Shown one piece after another: positions 36,126-50,274 of a stretch of DNA of 63,507 bases. Positions within the stretch are counted from its first letter, which is position 1. Every line of letters begins with the position of its first letter. This DNA comes from Takakia lepidozioides (Eukaryota > Plantae > Bryophyta), in assembly GCA_030704615.1 (NCBI GenBank), contig CM060732.1, forward strand, positions 62,494 through 126,000, in the 5' to 3' direction. The notes beneath the pieces are model-generated. The model ran no database searches, was not told where the DNA came from, and was given only the letters and a program-made list of their open reading frames with translations. The position numbers were made by a program, and so were the translations under genes.

Positions 36126-37649
36126 GTCTGCACTCATGCTAGCTGAAGTAGCAGGAGGCGGCGCGGCCTGACCGTTGGTTAATGATGTTTGTTTTGCAGA
36201 CGGCAGGCGTACCTTTGACGATTCAAACTTCGTAATGACGCATTGTCCACGAGGAGACACTTCCATTACAGCCTTTCGAACCCAAGTGGTGCATCATCGC
36301 CGTTTCATCTTCTTTTGTCGTATCTACTCATTCACCTCTCTCGCGCCCTTTCCATTTGCACTCTTCGCCCCTTTTCCGTGTCTGTGTTTTTTTTATGCTC
36401 CAACCTGAGAGGGAGGAAGTTCCTGCACTAGAGAAGCGACATCGTCGCAAGCTCCGCAAGTTCTACTTCAGGCGAAGGCCAATGCCGAAGGGGAGGAAGC
36501 AGATGCGTCTTCAGGAGGAGATGGTCATCTTGCAGCAGTAGGCAACGCAGGCAACCCAGCCACCAGTGAGAGCTCCGTGCTATCGGGATGCGCGCAGCTG
36601 ATCGAGCACCGAAACCCTCCCTGATTTTCGTTGTGCAATTCTTAGACTGTATGATAGGACACTTGAATGCAGAAGATGTTTGCATGCCTAACTTGAAAGG
36701 TGGAGGTGGTGGAGGGATTGCAGGAATCCGAAGAGCCGTAGGAAGAATCCGTGGAGGTGGCTGCAGCACGAGCACCCAGCCGATCCACGAGCACGGGTCT
36801 TCCTGCCGGGCCTAGCCCTGTGCGTTTCAAGGACGCGGTTTGGAAAGGCAAGTCTTTGCAGTTCAAAGCCCCAGAAGAAAGACTCGCGTTTGAAGGTCAT
36901 GGAGAATTGCCAGCAAGGGTCGAGCCCTTCTCCAGCAAAGATGAAGAAGAAGAAGCAACCCGTCCTTGAACTGGTTTCTGAACCGGACCAGGCCCCCCCC
37001 CCCCCCCCCCCCCCCAAGAGAATGAAGGAGAAGGGTGCAGTGCACATTCAAATGAACCACCGGAGCCTCCCCAGATGGTGAAAGAGAGGATCATGGGTCA
37101 AATATCTGCATCACCTTGCAGCTATAGTATTCCATATTCTTGCGAAACTGGAGAACAATAGATGCCTAAGGTAATTACAACCATTCTGCGCCAGCACTAC
37201 TACCTCCTACACCCCCTCGGGCACAAATCCGAACTATCTGTAGCGTCGAACGCAAGGCTTGAAATGAGAAGTGTATCGAGGGCAGGACCAAGACAGTTGC
37301 CAATCCAGTAACCATGTATAACCGATATCCTCACATCAAGGACCAAATGTTGTCTTCGAAGATATGAAATACTTCTTGTATAATAGTGCCTCAAACACAC
37401 ACACTCTCTGTGCCCTACAGCCCACAATCTCTGTTGATATGTTGGTCTCTGTTAGTGTGGAATCCTCACCCTCCGCCATTTTAGGATGATTGACTCCATG
37501 TCCCGAGCTTGCATCGCAGCGGCCATGGGCGGCCGCTTCAGCAATCGCCCATCGAAACAAACTACTGAGCGACGGCTTTCGGGTCATACCTTTACAAAGG
37601 CGTATGCAACGAATGAGAACTCCACATCATCGTCACATGCTTCACCTTC

Positions 37650-38430
37650 ATAACGGGCGACAGCCGTTGGCAGTTGCCCTTTTAAGAATGACAATGGGCG
37701 ACCGTATAAACGGTCGCCCGTCGTCTAAAGAAGATAATGGGTGGTCGCGAGTCGCAAGAAGAGGCGGTCGCCCGTTTATGGATGGCAATGGGCGACCATA
37801 TTCGCAGTCGCCCGCCTAAAGAAGATAAGCCCGGCGAGACACATGACATGGCGGGCTCCACACTTTTTACAAATAAGTGGCGACCGTCGAAGCGGTTGCC
37901 GATGTGTTTCGGAAAATGGAGGGTTAGACTTCCAGGTGATACCTCTGAAAGGATGTGCGCTTAGTCACGGACCACGCCTCTACTGTACAGTTAAGGTGAT
38001 ACCTCTAAATTGATGTACATATTCAATGAAAGACTATGCCTCTGATGTGTCCTTGCAAGAGGGCATGGACTTGCAGGCGATACCTCTACAGGGATGTACA
38101 CATTGGATTGCAGACTATACCTCTGCTAGTGTATGCAACAGGGCATCGATTTGCAGGTGATACCTCTGCAAGGGTGTGTCCGCGGTCCACATTGGCGGTC
38201 CGCGGTCGGGCTCACACAATGGGCGACTGGTGAGGCGGTCGCCCGGCGGGTCCACATAGGACAGGGTAACCGTGGGCGACGGCTTAGTCTGTCGCCTCTA
38301 TGATGAAAAATGTTGTGCGACAGTTGCAGCTGGCCGCGGTTTAAACACAGCACGGGGCGACCGCCTAAACCGGTCGCCCATGCTAAGAATGAGAGTGTTG
38401 GGCGACCGGCAGTAGCAGCGGTCGCCTAAG
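37650..38430. repeat. Cluster of GGGCGACCG / CGGTCGCCC dyad motifs upstream of the second CACTA transposase
   Basis: Examples: GGGCGACCGTATAAACGGTCGCCC near 37695 and GGGCGACCGCCTAAACCGGTCGCCC near 38355. Confidence 0.65.
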
Positions 38431-39099
38431 CGGCCCCATGGGCCCCACTTCATGTAGAGTCGCAATTGGATATGCGGGGCAATAAAATATTCATGTGTGG
38501 CATGACATATACATATGCATCTGAATTCATGGATCTGATAATATGACATGATATGTGTGCCATGACCATGTAATGAATATGAATGCCTCCTAGAAATGAA
38601 CAGTAGGTTGGGAAGAAGTGGGTTGTTCCAAACAAGTAGGTTGTCCGGAACAAGTAGGTTGTTAACAACGAGTTGTTCTTAATAAGTAGGTTGTTAACAA
38701 ATCTGAAAGCATATTTGGAAGATGCTTTAAAGAGAAGCATATTTGGGAAGATGCTTTGGTTTGAAGCATCTTTTTGCACATCACTTTGATGTAGTGAAGG
38801 GTGTAGATGTGGTCGAATGGTACACACTTAGTGAATACTTTTTGACCACATCTACAACCCTAACAACTCGTTGTGAAGCACATCACGTTGATGTTGTTAG
38901 GGTTGTGACAGGGTTTGTTATGGGTGTGACAGGGACATCGACGGGGCGAAACAAGGACAGGGTTTGTGGTCAAAAAGTATTCCATAGGTATAATTAACGC
39001 CAATTTGTACTGCCTATCCGTTTTCTGAAAAAGGATATGTTTTGTTTGATGAAGAGAACGGGGGGGGGGACGCCAAAGGGAGAGGTGTGAATAGGATTG

Positions 39100-40575
39100 A
39101 TGAAGCACATGGATACAGAAATGCTGAAGAATTTGCAGATAATGGAAATGGCGAGCAATAGTTGGCAGAAGACATGCAGCGTGCTTTGCAAGAGACATTT
39201 GCGATTTCGGATGAATTAGACAGGAGCCTCACCCTAGAAACATATTTTAAGATCATGTATCCGACACAATGGACCATCTAGTAGAGACAAAGTGTGATGA
39301 TACAACAGAATTTGAAGATGGTTTTCCTTTCACTAGTGCCCAACAAGCCGTTTTATTTTGGAAGTCTCGAATTGAGTTATATCCTGGTTGCCCCCTTGAT
39401 CGTTTGTCAAGCACTGTGCTGTTGCTTAACACCTCCATGACGCACGGAGTAACTAATGCCTTTGTTGATGAACTTCTGAGTTTGTTGAGCAAGTCCCTTT
39501 TTCCCAAATCCAATTGTCTGCCAAAATCTCACTATGAGGCCAAGAAATTGATGATGAGGCTTGGCTTGGATTACACCATGATACATTGTTGTGAAAACGG
39601 CTGTGTTCTGTACCATGGGGAGGTTTTACAGAACGCGGAGCACTGCCCTAAGTGCAAGAGCCCAAGGTACATTCCGGGACATAGGAACGTTCCCAAAAAG
39701 GTTCTGTGTCATTTTCCTATCTTTCCAAGGATAAAACGTATGTTTCGATCCAGGGAGATGGCTAAGCATATAACATGGCATGCGGCTAACAAAAGCACAG
39801 ATGGTATGGTCCGTCGTCCTGGTGATAGTATTAACAGACGTTTTCCAGAGTTTGAAGCATATCCTCGAGACATTCGATTTGCATTGGCACTGGACGGTGT
39901 TAACCCATATAGTGCTCAATTGACGGTTGACTTGGCCCGTCCTCTTGCTTAATTATAATTTGCCTCCATGGCTGGTAACCAAGAAATTTTTCGTTATGTT
40001 GGCGTTGCTCATTCCAGGGAAGGAGTCTGTCACTAGCGATTGCATTGACGTGTATCTGCGCTGGATGAGTTCAAAGAATTGTGGGCGGGAATCTTAGCTT
40101 CCGATGTGACAAAGTCTTTGGGAGAACAAGTTATTACGTACTAGAGAACGCGCCCCCTAGGGCGCATTATGGCTCCTAGTGAGTCACTAGGGCGAGACCT
40201 AGGGACGAACTAGGTGCCATAATGCGCCCTAGGGGGCGCGTTCCCTGGCGTAAAGGAATTTTGGGGGCAGATTCTGCGAGGCCCTGATTGGCTGCAGGCC
40301 ATAATGAGCCAATAAAAGTCAAGCTGCCGATTAGGAACGCAGAATGCGCCAGCGGCGTGGAACGTCCATCTTCTGCTTCCTAATTTGCCTCAAAAACGGC
40401 AGAATTTGCCCCCAAAATCCTTTACGGTTCGCGCTATGTTGGTGTGGTGCATGCACAATTACCCAGCTTATGGGATATTGGCAGGCCAATCCACCAAGGG
40501 GTATGCAGGTTGGCCCGCGTGTGGGCCTCAAGTAAATTGCAGATATTCTCAACCTTGCGGTAAGAATGTGTTATG
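39100..40575 (+). pseudogene. Second CACTA Tnp2 transposase, decayed and 3'-truncated, paralogous to the first
   Basis: LPKSHYEAKK, IHCCENGCVLY, CPKCKSPRY, KKVLCHFPIFPRIKRMF, FALALDGVNPY, NYNLPPW and FTVRAMLVWCMHNYPAYG; deletions, frameshifts and an insertion. Confidence 0.9.
40134..40426. mobile_element. MITE-like insertion of about 290 bp made of two abutting inverted-repeat units, inside the transposase
   Basis: IR A arms at 40146-40180 and 40209-40243 (GAACGCGCCCCCTAGGGCGCATTATGGC); IR B arms at 40249-40277 and 40399-40426. TTACG at both edges; the transposase resumes after it. Confidence 0.75.
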
Positions 40576-40969
40576 TGTACAAGCAACGGTAAACAGTAAA
40601 GTCAGTCTGATCGCCCTTGAATTTTTGGTAGCCATGTCATAATGACCGTGGCTCCGCAGTCCCCCACCTGCGCACCTCTGAGGGCTCCTCACCAGTGTTA
40701 TTTTTTTCATATTTCCAAAATCGCTGGCGGGGCCACCTGTGAATTCCACCCAGTGCCCATGTGGCGAGAATATCGAGGTGACAAAGTTAGAAAAGTGACT
40801 ACATTCCAGGTATCACGTTTGTATTGGTCCACGTTGGCAACATTAGGCTCCTAAAATTTATTTCCTGGTGCTTTTTGGAGAAAATCTCGGATTTTACCCC
40901 CCATAATTCCTTTGTACAAGTAGCTGACCGAGTTTCCAGGTCGAAATCTGTGCCAGAAAGAAAAACACT

Positions 40970-41136
40970 CTCCTCACACCTGGCCACACATGTCGGGCCG
41001 TCCCACTCTATGCCTTGGTGTAGCTCGCAAAACTGTACTAAACACGCACCTCGGGAGGCTCCTCACACTTGGCCACACATGTGGGCCCGTCCCACGCCAT
41101 GCCTTGGTCTAGCTCGCCAAAACTGTACTAAACACT
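40970..41136 (+). repeat. Tandem duplication of about 90 bp
   Basis: TCCTCACAC.TGGCCACACATGT...AAAACTGTACTAAACAC occurs twice. Confidence 0.8.
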
Positions 41137-42147
41137 TGTGGGCCACCCTTTCCCCACAGTCATTATGTGGCTACCAAAAATTTGCTGGCGGTCTGATCCA
41201 TGATCATCTATCTATCCCAGTGGTAATGTTCGCAACATTCATCTCCTCCTCCAATTACGTTTCAGTTAAGAATCAATGTTCGTTGCTCGTCGATTAAATC
41301 GGAGGGCCCACCGCTTTACAATCATGTGAATCTTTGTTGTGTTATGTATACATATGTATGTCAATTCTTGGACCAACCAGCATATCTACGTATGAAAACA
41401 GAATGGCTGGTGGGTCGCTGAAGTGAATTGATAGATGCATTATGTGTGGGCCCATCTTTCCACTGTAGGCTCCGACATCAACTATGTTTGCGTGGACTGA
41501 ACTCAAGCCCATTTCGAGGCTGGAGGGTTTTAAACGATCATTCCTGTGCTACACTTCCAAGGAATATCTTTCTGGAATCTGAAAAAGAAAGAACCTTAGA
41601 TGAGGTGTTTCACACGCACGTCTGGTATACGCAGATTGTCATTTGCAGCATGAATCCATGACTCCCAGACGACCATGTTGTGAATAGGTGGTGACACAAC
41701 CACACAGGCTCACAGAGGTGAGGTCATGCAAGCTCTCTTGGTGTGAAAAGTAATCTCTCACATGTAGGCGCACTGTCCTCGTATGATGAAAATGATAGTC
41801 CTGTGAGCAATACAATGGAAGATTTTGATGCAGATACCTTCAAAGCAAATGTACAAGGCAAGTAGGCTGTCATCGCTTTCACAGCTTATCTCACCCCACA
41901 GCCAACTTTGAATGAAGGTGGCACTGCCTTTGACAGTGGTTACATGTCAAAGTTGGCTCTGCCTATCTAAAAGTAATTCTCCTGAGATGTCTGCAGTAGG
42001 GTGGACTCTAGTACAACCCAAGTTCCGGCACCAACATAGGCATGCTCCCTCCCTTCATCCAAGCTTCAGACATTGACATGAGGGAAATGCAAAGCTGGGT
42101 CAACTGCCAGAGTAGAAATACAGTTAAGATACCCACTAATAGCCCTA

Positions 42148-45100
42148 TTAGAAGAGGTTAAGAGCTGAAGCTAGTACGGCAGCACCCACTGACAGTAACA
42201 AAGGAGTTGCCATGCTCAAAGTAGGACTGCTGTTTGGTAGAGAGGGATAATCTTGTAATTCTGGAAGAACACAGTCATCTCCATTGAAGTACACCCGATG
42301 TGGAAATGCCCACCCATGGGCCCATTGGAATGACGGATCCTTCCTAAACAAGATTTCTGATTGGACATTTCCATCTGGCCCAGCTTGCATCAGCATCTCG
42401 TTGTAGTACTTAACTCCATAGAAAATAGCTGAGTCATCTGTACAAGTAACCCGAGCCATTAGTTAAGCCTTTTGCACCAAAAGTTGAAATTTAATAGCAC
42501 ATCTCAGAAACAACTTCTCCTGTCACAACCCCATATTAATAAGAGAAGTTGAGGACTCAATACAGTGCAGAAGCTTTGCTGTTTGAGCAAAAGACTCAAG
42601 AGTTTAAATTAAAGCAAGTCTCGCAAGTAACAGCCATGATAAGGTTACCAGCAGAGAGGCACCTGACCATTTACGGATTGCAGCTGCATATCTTCAAAGA
42701 CCCCATGTGATCCCCACTAGGATGCATGACTAAGCCTATCAACCTAACCTGAGATATTTACTATTATCCCAAATTGCAACAAAGTGAGTACACAACAAGC
42801 CCTTTGATATTTGCAACTTGAACATCAAGCAAAGAACTTACTGCTGTGTGATCCATAGGGGTTTAAGCTCTTGTAGCTGAAGCTGAAAGCCTCCGTAAAA
42901 TTGATGAAATTTGGGTGCTGGATCACCAAGTTCCATTGCGAGTAGTTCCTTGACAGGTCTCGATTTGTAATAGTGATTTTCACCCGCCAGTACTCCTGGT
43001 AATTGGTCTTAACATGCCAGTGCACTTTTACAGGGCACATATCCCTGGTGCAATACAGCATATCTGGAGTTTTGGTCAGACCATTGCTCTTGGCAGGAAT
43101 GTAATGTAGTGGGCTGTTCCTGCACTCACAGAACAAATTGCATAAACACACAGTGAGATAGAGACAGATATGTAAGGGATGAACCCATTAGACTTTGCTT
43201 GACACAGCCTCATGGAGGCCTGGATGGATATCATAACGTAAGTCCATACTGTAGATTGACTTTACCTCCCTGTGGATCAATAGCTACAAGAAACCTGCAT
43301 GGGTAAATGGTCAACTAAAGGCAGCAGCTGCAGCGGCATAGTTGATAAAATCAGGCACGTCAACCATTACCACAGCTTCTGAAAGAGGATCATTAAGAGA
43401 GAGAGTCCACAATGCCTCTTCTGGCACTTCTGGGCATGTGAAGATGCGTTGTGCGGCAAGCAGACTGACAGAGGCTCTACAGACTTTAAACCAAGGAGGC
43501 ATTTCAACAGATTCAGATACGTATGTCTGTCTCTTACGTCTTAAGTGCATCAGGATGGAAGGTCTGGAAGCTGGAAAGCAGATGCACAATTTGTCTTCTT
43601 CAGGCCCTTATTGGCGCCATATGCGCAAGATTTGCACGCTTGAGCTCCTCAGTCTCAGACGCGTAGAATCCTTTCGACATTATCCAAGAGTGGATTCACG
43701 CCAAATGTTTTCTACTCAACACCCTTGTCAACATGTATGTTAAGTGCGGGAGCATCATGGATGCTCACCAACTGTTCAACAGAATGCCTCAACGATCTTT
43801 GATAACGTGGAACATGATGCTTGCAGGGTATGCACAGCAGGGGCGTGGTATGGAGGCCTTGGAGACCTATGATCAAATGATGGGGGAAGGGGTGAAGCCC
43901 GACCACATCATGTTTTTGTGCATTTGCAATGCGTGTGCAAGCCTGGCAGCTCTGGAAAAGGGCGAAGAGGTGCATGGCGACATTGTCAGAGCACATAAAT
44001 GGTATGGAGAAAACCATTATAAATTTTCTTGCCAGATCCTTTTTCTCAGAATTTGGAAGATAATGCTACTTTGGCCTGCAGGACACCACCCCAAGACAGA
44101 CCTAGTCAAACCCAAACCAGGCAGCTGTACCACTGGAAAGAACTTTTAAGTAAGACATGGTCAATGAAGATCTTACGGGTCAATGCAGCTCTGGCTGCTT
44201 GTTGTCGTCAGGGCCGTAGAATTGGATTGACAGGCACATGCGCACTCAGCGCAGGGAACAATGGTGGAGTTGTAGAATGACGAAAAGGAGACACAACATG
44301 TTTGTGCCTTCTGAGCCAAGTGTTGTGAGTAAAGGCATATCACATTCCAGGTCACTGCACAAACACAACTGCTTTTTAGTGACGTATTCTCAATCCTCAC
44401 CATGACCTTACTTTGGATGGGACGGTCTCCATCTCCACAGCGACATGGCAGTGCTAAGCAGATGGCCAGGCTCTTACAAGGACTCTTTCAGCAATCATGA
44501 TCCAGATGGCATCTTATCCATACCTACCAATGGAAAACAAATCATGAGATGAAAGATATTCACCGCATCATACACAACTAATGTGAGCCCTCACCGACCA
44601 AAGACGATCACTTGACTCTTAGGGAAGGAGAGGAGACCCACTTAAGGCTTGAGTGAATCTTCTCCCGTCTGGTGAAGGAAATAACGTCTTTGCCACCTTG
44701 GTTGCAGGCCCACAAGTATATCCAGTCCCAGGTGACAAGAGAGTAATATTCTTTGGAAGTACAACAGTGGTGTTGGTATTCCCAGAATTCCCCACTGTAA
44801 CCTGGAAAGAAGCAACTGCAGATTTTGGATCCTGGCTGAAAGATGACAGCACCCCACCTCTGCAGCAATTTGCTACTTGTTGACTGTAGGGGACTCCCGG
44901 CAACAGGTCAATAACATTGGGATTGGGTGCACAACAATGAGGTGGTGGGCCAATCTTCCATTTGGAGCAATCACCCTGAAACGTTGTTTGACCACCCACC
45001 ATGTTCCAGATCACCTCCTTCTTGCCCCAGTGCCATCCCAAAGTCCAGCCAGGTGCCTCAATGTGCCGGTATAGCTGCCAATTGTACATTGTCACCACCG

Positions 45101-45984
45101 CCTGCACAATGCTAGTTTTGAGCGCTGGCCATAGGTGAAAACCACAGCTTATTTTCATTTTCCAGAGAAAACAATCTGTAGTTATCCATGATGCGAAGGC
45201 AAAGAGAGTGACAAGGTCACAAAATGATTGACTTTCAGTTAGGAAAATCTGCATGTCGGATTCGCACTTTGACTTCCCATCCATGCACTTTGACTTCCCA
45301 TCCATACATAACCCACATATCAAGCAAACATCCATGGCAATGCGCCTTGAGTGTCCAACATCTGATTATCTGATTATCCACCCCAGCGCTAGGCAAACGT
45401 TACAAACCAATGAATCATGATTCACCTCCACGCACCACAACATCCTCAGCATCATTCTTCACCCACTTCCTCGCATTCTTCCCGTAATGATGATCTCAAC
45501 TCGTGTGATAAGGCGACTTAAGCAGCTTGTGGATTTTGTGCTGGTCGTTGCACACACTAGATTTTAAGGTCGTCAAGGAAACAGAAACTACATACCGTGT
45601 ATCCGTCTGGAGTCCACTGTATGACATCCCATTTGATGGTGATATTGCCAATTGGATCCAAGGGATCAAAAGCCTCTGCGCACAAGTCAGCGAGCGAATT
45701 CAGCTCGATTGCCGATCTTCAGGTGTGCGTAGATTATTACAAACAAGCCACATAAGTGAAACCGCTTGCAGGGATTGCAGATCTGAGGGTCGATTTAACA
45801 TCAAAGGCTGCACAATACACTCCTTGAACAGCCAATAGTGGACAGAGGTTCTACAATAATCTGCAAGTATACGTAAATTACGAAAAAATAATGAATGCAA
45901 TCCAAATAAAGACTTACCAGCAGTTTTGAAAGCGAGAAGGAGGACCAATGCTACTGCCAAGGGGCCCAGATTCCAGGACTTCAT
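42148..45984 (-). CDS. COBL: COBRA-family GPI-anchored cell-wall protein, 450 aa; exons 45918-45984, 45596-45675, 44642-45101, 44177-44354, 42842-43119, 42148-42437
   Basis: All introns are GT-AG and the exons sum to 1353 nt in frame. Signal peptide; FDPLDPIGNITIKWD, YRHIEAPGWTLGW.W.KKEVIW, CCRGGV, CCVSFSSFYN, HWHVK.NY..YWRVK, GWAFP.RVYFNGD.C; hydrophobic GPI-type tail. Confidence 0.97.
43390..43995 (+). pseudogene. PLS-class PPR fragment antisense within COBRA intron 4, containing a cytochrome P450 insert (about 43591-43677)
   Basis: DSDTYVCLLR, GKQMH, NTLVNMYVKCGSIMDAHQLFNRMPQRSLITWNMMLAGYAQQGRGMEAL, ACASLAALEKGEEVH. The insert reads GPYWRHMRKICTLELLSLRRVESFR (CYP71-clan WxxxR region). Confidence 0.88.
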
Positions 45985-47308
45985 TCTGTTGTAGAGCTTA
46001 CGTCCACCACAGGGAGCTACCTTCGGGCGCCTGTCTGCAATCTACAGGTGCCAAAAAGCTGTCTTCCTTTCCCTCACGGGTGACAGCTCCATTCCCCACC
46101 TCCCCACAACCATTTTCCGGCTCTTTCAAGAATCCAATCGACTACAAAGAGCTGCAAGCCAAGAAGTCCATTCAGCTCAGATAGAACTTCTCAAGGCTCC
46201 GTGTAGTGCAAAGTTGGACTGCAATGTCACTGTCCGAGGCTCTCTGCAACAAGGCACTGCTACAGATACTAGTCTAATACTCCAGACGCATGCACAACCC
46301 AAGCGGCTGAGCTCAAGGAGAGACACGGGCTGCTCACCAAGAGCGAGGAGGAAGAAGAGACTGACGAGGGTGGCCCCACCGGGATGTCTGATGGAGTACC
46401 GACCACACTGATGTGGCCTTCCGAGAGTGGGTGAAGCCAGGACCCCAGCTATTATTGAGGCTGCCAGTCCTCTGAGCTTGCATCAGAGCCCCATGTCTGG
46501 GCCTGGGAGAATTGGCATGGAGCTGTCCACGGAAAGCTTAACAACAACTTAGGGTTCGCTTGCAGAATAATAATGCAGAGCACTGCTCCTGCGTTTGAAG
46601 TGAGAGTTGTTCATCAAGCTGTTGCATGCAATCAACAACAGTTGAAGGAAAGTTCTGGGCCCATGATTGAGTGTGGGGAAGATGTTTAGTTTTGTCTGAG
46701 TTGGTTGAGAGGCAAAAGGCACATCAATCATGCTGCCACCCCCGCGAGCGAAGACGACATAAGAATTCGAAGACAGCCGAGCAGAAAAAGCGGTGCCGGT
46801 CTGGGCCCACCCCTCGCCTTACTTTCTTTTTTTCTGTTTTTTAAGAGAGAGGGGACAGAGGCCCTGTTAATATGGAATACCAAATGCTCCACAATTTTAC
46901 TATCATCTACAACCCTCGACAAATCATCTAGGACCCTTGACAAATCAAATTTGTCCAGGGTTGATTTTGTGGGCAAACGGTATGTGTTGGAATACCAAAT
47001 GCCCATGTCTTCATCCCACTTGTTCAGCGAATATTCTCTAATAGATTCTTAGATCCTTCAAATTTATGCTTAGATGCTTTCATCTTTGATTTGTCGGGCA
47101 TTTGGTACATGAAGGAATACCGTATGACCACGTCCCTCGACAAATCAACTTAGTTGTTCACACCACTTGTTGACAACATGGGCGTCAACAACGTAGGTGG
47201 CGCCACTAAGGCACGGGGCGCCAACAAGGTTCGCGGCGCCACTAAGGGAGGCGGCGCTAGGTTGTTGGCACAACTTAGTTCAGATTGGCACAACCTAATT
47301 TCTCATAA

Positions 47309-47311
<3 letters not shown>

Positions 47312-47343
<32 letters not shown>

Positions 47344-47381
47344 GAGGGTTTAGGGTCATTTGCACACACACACACACACAC

Positions 47382-47415
<34 letters not shown>
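47312..47415. repeat. Compound (AT)n/(CA)n microsatellites
   Basis: Directly visible runs. Confidence 0.95.
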
Positions 47416-47416
<1 letters not shown>

Positions 47417-47479
47417 CATAATTCAAATATGATGAGACTTGTCTTTAAGAATGTTGGACTATAACGTAATAATTTGATG

Positions 47480-48930
47480 ATATTTAAAGAACAACTAGAT
47501 CTAATATGTGGACGTATAATCTATAGTGTTCTAGTTTATTCGTATTACTTAATTGTTTTATATTATGAGATATGCAATAAAATATTATGAATTAAAAAAT
47601 CACAAAGGGGTAGAGATTGAATTAAAATCTATCCTATAACAGCCTTATTAAATGCATATGAAATATCACAATTCAGTGTTCACTCTTACACATGTTTTCT
47701 ATTATTATATTGGTCATTATGTGTACAGAGTCTCATAAGTAGAATATTTTCATTGTCCTGCAATAAGTTATTTTTAATTACAAGGATGTGTGAGACCGGA
47801 TTATTTAAAAACATTTTTTTAATTTTAAAATACAGATAAGATATCATAATTTAATATTCACTTGTACACGCACTTGCTATTATTATTATATAGATCATTT
47901 ATGTGTATCCCATGAATTCAAGAAAATTATGAGTAACCTATGCATAGGATGGATGCATAGGAACTCTGATAAAGAACAATTGGATCTAATAACATGTGTG
48001 CGAGTATACTCTATAGTTTTCTAGTTTGTTCGTAATACTTGGAATTTTTGTATTGACACATATGAAATGAAATATTTTTAACTAAACAAAATTACAAATA
48101 TGTGACAGATCCAATTAAAATCTATTCTATAACAGCCTTCTTAAATGCATATAAAATGTCACAATACCCTGTTCATTCTTATTTTAAATTTTAAATTTTA
48201 TTTTAAAATACAGATAAATATTAACTCGTACATGCACTTGCTATTAATATATAGATCATTTATGTGTATCCCATGAATTCAAGAAGATTATGAGTAACCT
48301 ATGCATAGGATGGATGCATAGGAATTGTGATAAAGAACATTTGGATCTAATAACATGTGTGCACGTATACTCTATAGTTTTCTAGTTTAATACTTGGAAT
48401 TTTTTTATTGACAGATATGCAATGAAATATTTTGTATTAAAAATAATTACAAATATGTGACAGATCGAATTAAAATCTATCCTATAACAGCCTTTTTAAA
48501 TGCATATAAAATATCACAATTCCCTGTTCATTCTTACAATGTACCTTTTATTATTATATTGATCATTTATGTGTACAAAAATTTTCATTGTCGTGCAATA
48601 AGTTGTTTTAATCTGCATATTAAAATGATATTTGTTATTTTTTTTTTCAATTTGATCTCCCAAATCCATGTGATTTTTTTCTAGATCATTTATGTGTATC
48701 GCATGAACTAAGTGACCTATACAACTGAGTGTTCTGAGTGACCTATACATAGGCTGCACGCTTTAGAGATGATGTATAGATATATAGTCAATGCATTTCT
48801 GTACTTAAATACTTATAAATGTTTGAAATATTGTGTTCATAAAACTTAGAATGTTTTGTATTGCTAGACATGCAATGCAATGTTCTCAATAAAAAATCAC
48901 AAGGATGTGACAAACGAAATATAAAAGATT
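47480..48930. repeat. AT-rich degenerate tandem repeats (units of about 360-490 bp)
   Basis: ATTAAAATCTAT.CTATAACAGCC near 47621, 48114 and 48469; GATCATTTATGTGTATC near 47893, 48254 and 48683. Confidence 0.8.
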
Positions 48931-50274
48931 ATATAGCATCATTTATAAATAGGTATAAGATTTAACAATTTAATTTTTATTTCTACAATGTACATGATAC
49001 ATGTACCCCCCAATATTATGTAGGTCATTTATAATAAGTATATCATATAACCAAGATGAAGTACTTATACAAACAAACAACATCACAAAATATACATATA
49101 TATGTATATATATTGCAAATGACAACATGTCACTTGTAAATATTGTTTGCTTTTTCTTCATGGAGTTATTGTCTCCTCCACTAGACTACACAAAGCAATG
49201 CCCACCCACCTAAATCCCAAAAACAATGTTTCTTTGCACATGGAAGTACTAAAACCCAAAAATAAATGAATGGGCGGGGTCTAAATATCACATGGCTAGG
49301 AATGACATGCAGTTCAATTTAAAAACTCTTCTTCAATTAATGTTACCTTATGGCCCTGTTTAGGTTAATTTTTTCCTCTATCTTTTTAATTTGAGTAACT
49401 CAACCTTTGTCCCGTTTCGATGGAGTTGCATCTGATTGATGCATCTGGAATTCTTGTGTTGTCTGGCCATGTCACAAAACTCTAGCTCTCTAGCACTTAT
49501 GGACAGAGTTGGACAGACAAACTCTAGCTCTCTAAAAGGACAGAGTACCCATATGGGGAAGAGGCTCTTCTTGACGCTACCTTTGGTTGGCGTCGATATA
49601 CATATATATGATTTTAATACATGATTATTACATTCAACGGTTAGTATATAGAATATAGAGTATACTATGTATCATTATACAAAATAAAGCCATAATTCTG
49701 CTTATTTTATTGTATGAATATTATGCGGCTTGTATTTGTGTAATATAGAATTGCTTCTCATTTAACAATAATAGGATCATGAATGCCCGCACATGTGGCT
49801 GCGGCGGGGCCCGCGTGTGGCAGAGGGGGTCGCGGAGGGTGGGAGCGCCCCTACCCAGACCCCGCCAATCCCCGCCAGTATGCTTGTTGGGTCTGCCCGG
49901 CAAGCTGGTCTGCTGGGGCCCACAATATGCACATAAAGCATTAGTTATTGCAAGGGTTTGTAGAAAGCGGCGGGTAGTGTGATGGTTAAGAGCAATGAAT
50001 CATAAACATGAGGTGTAGTGTTCAAATCTCGTTACGTTGTACCGTGGCAATAATGTGTGTTATTACATATATATTTGGTCGAAGGGTCTGCCGGTCTGCT
50101 GGAGGAGGGTCTGCTTGGAGGGTCTCAATCCCGACAGACCAAACTGTTCCAGTAGACCCTGTGGCAGTAGACCATATGCATTCACCATCTTTGTGTCCAT
50201 AAGGAAGAAGAATAGCCGATGTCATTGTCAGTGACAATTCTCACTTGTCTGCTAATTGTGAATTGTCGTTTCAT

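Noticed and set aside
36400-37100. TnpA-like gene of the second CACTA
   Set aside because: Only low-complexity Pro/Lys-rich fragments with no diagnostic motif.
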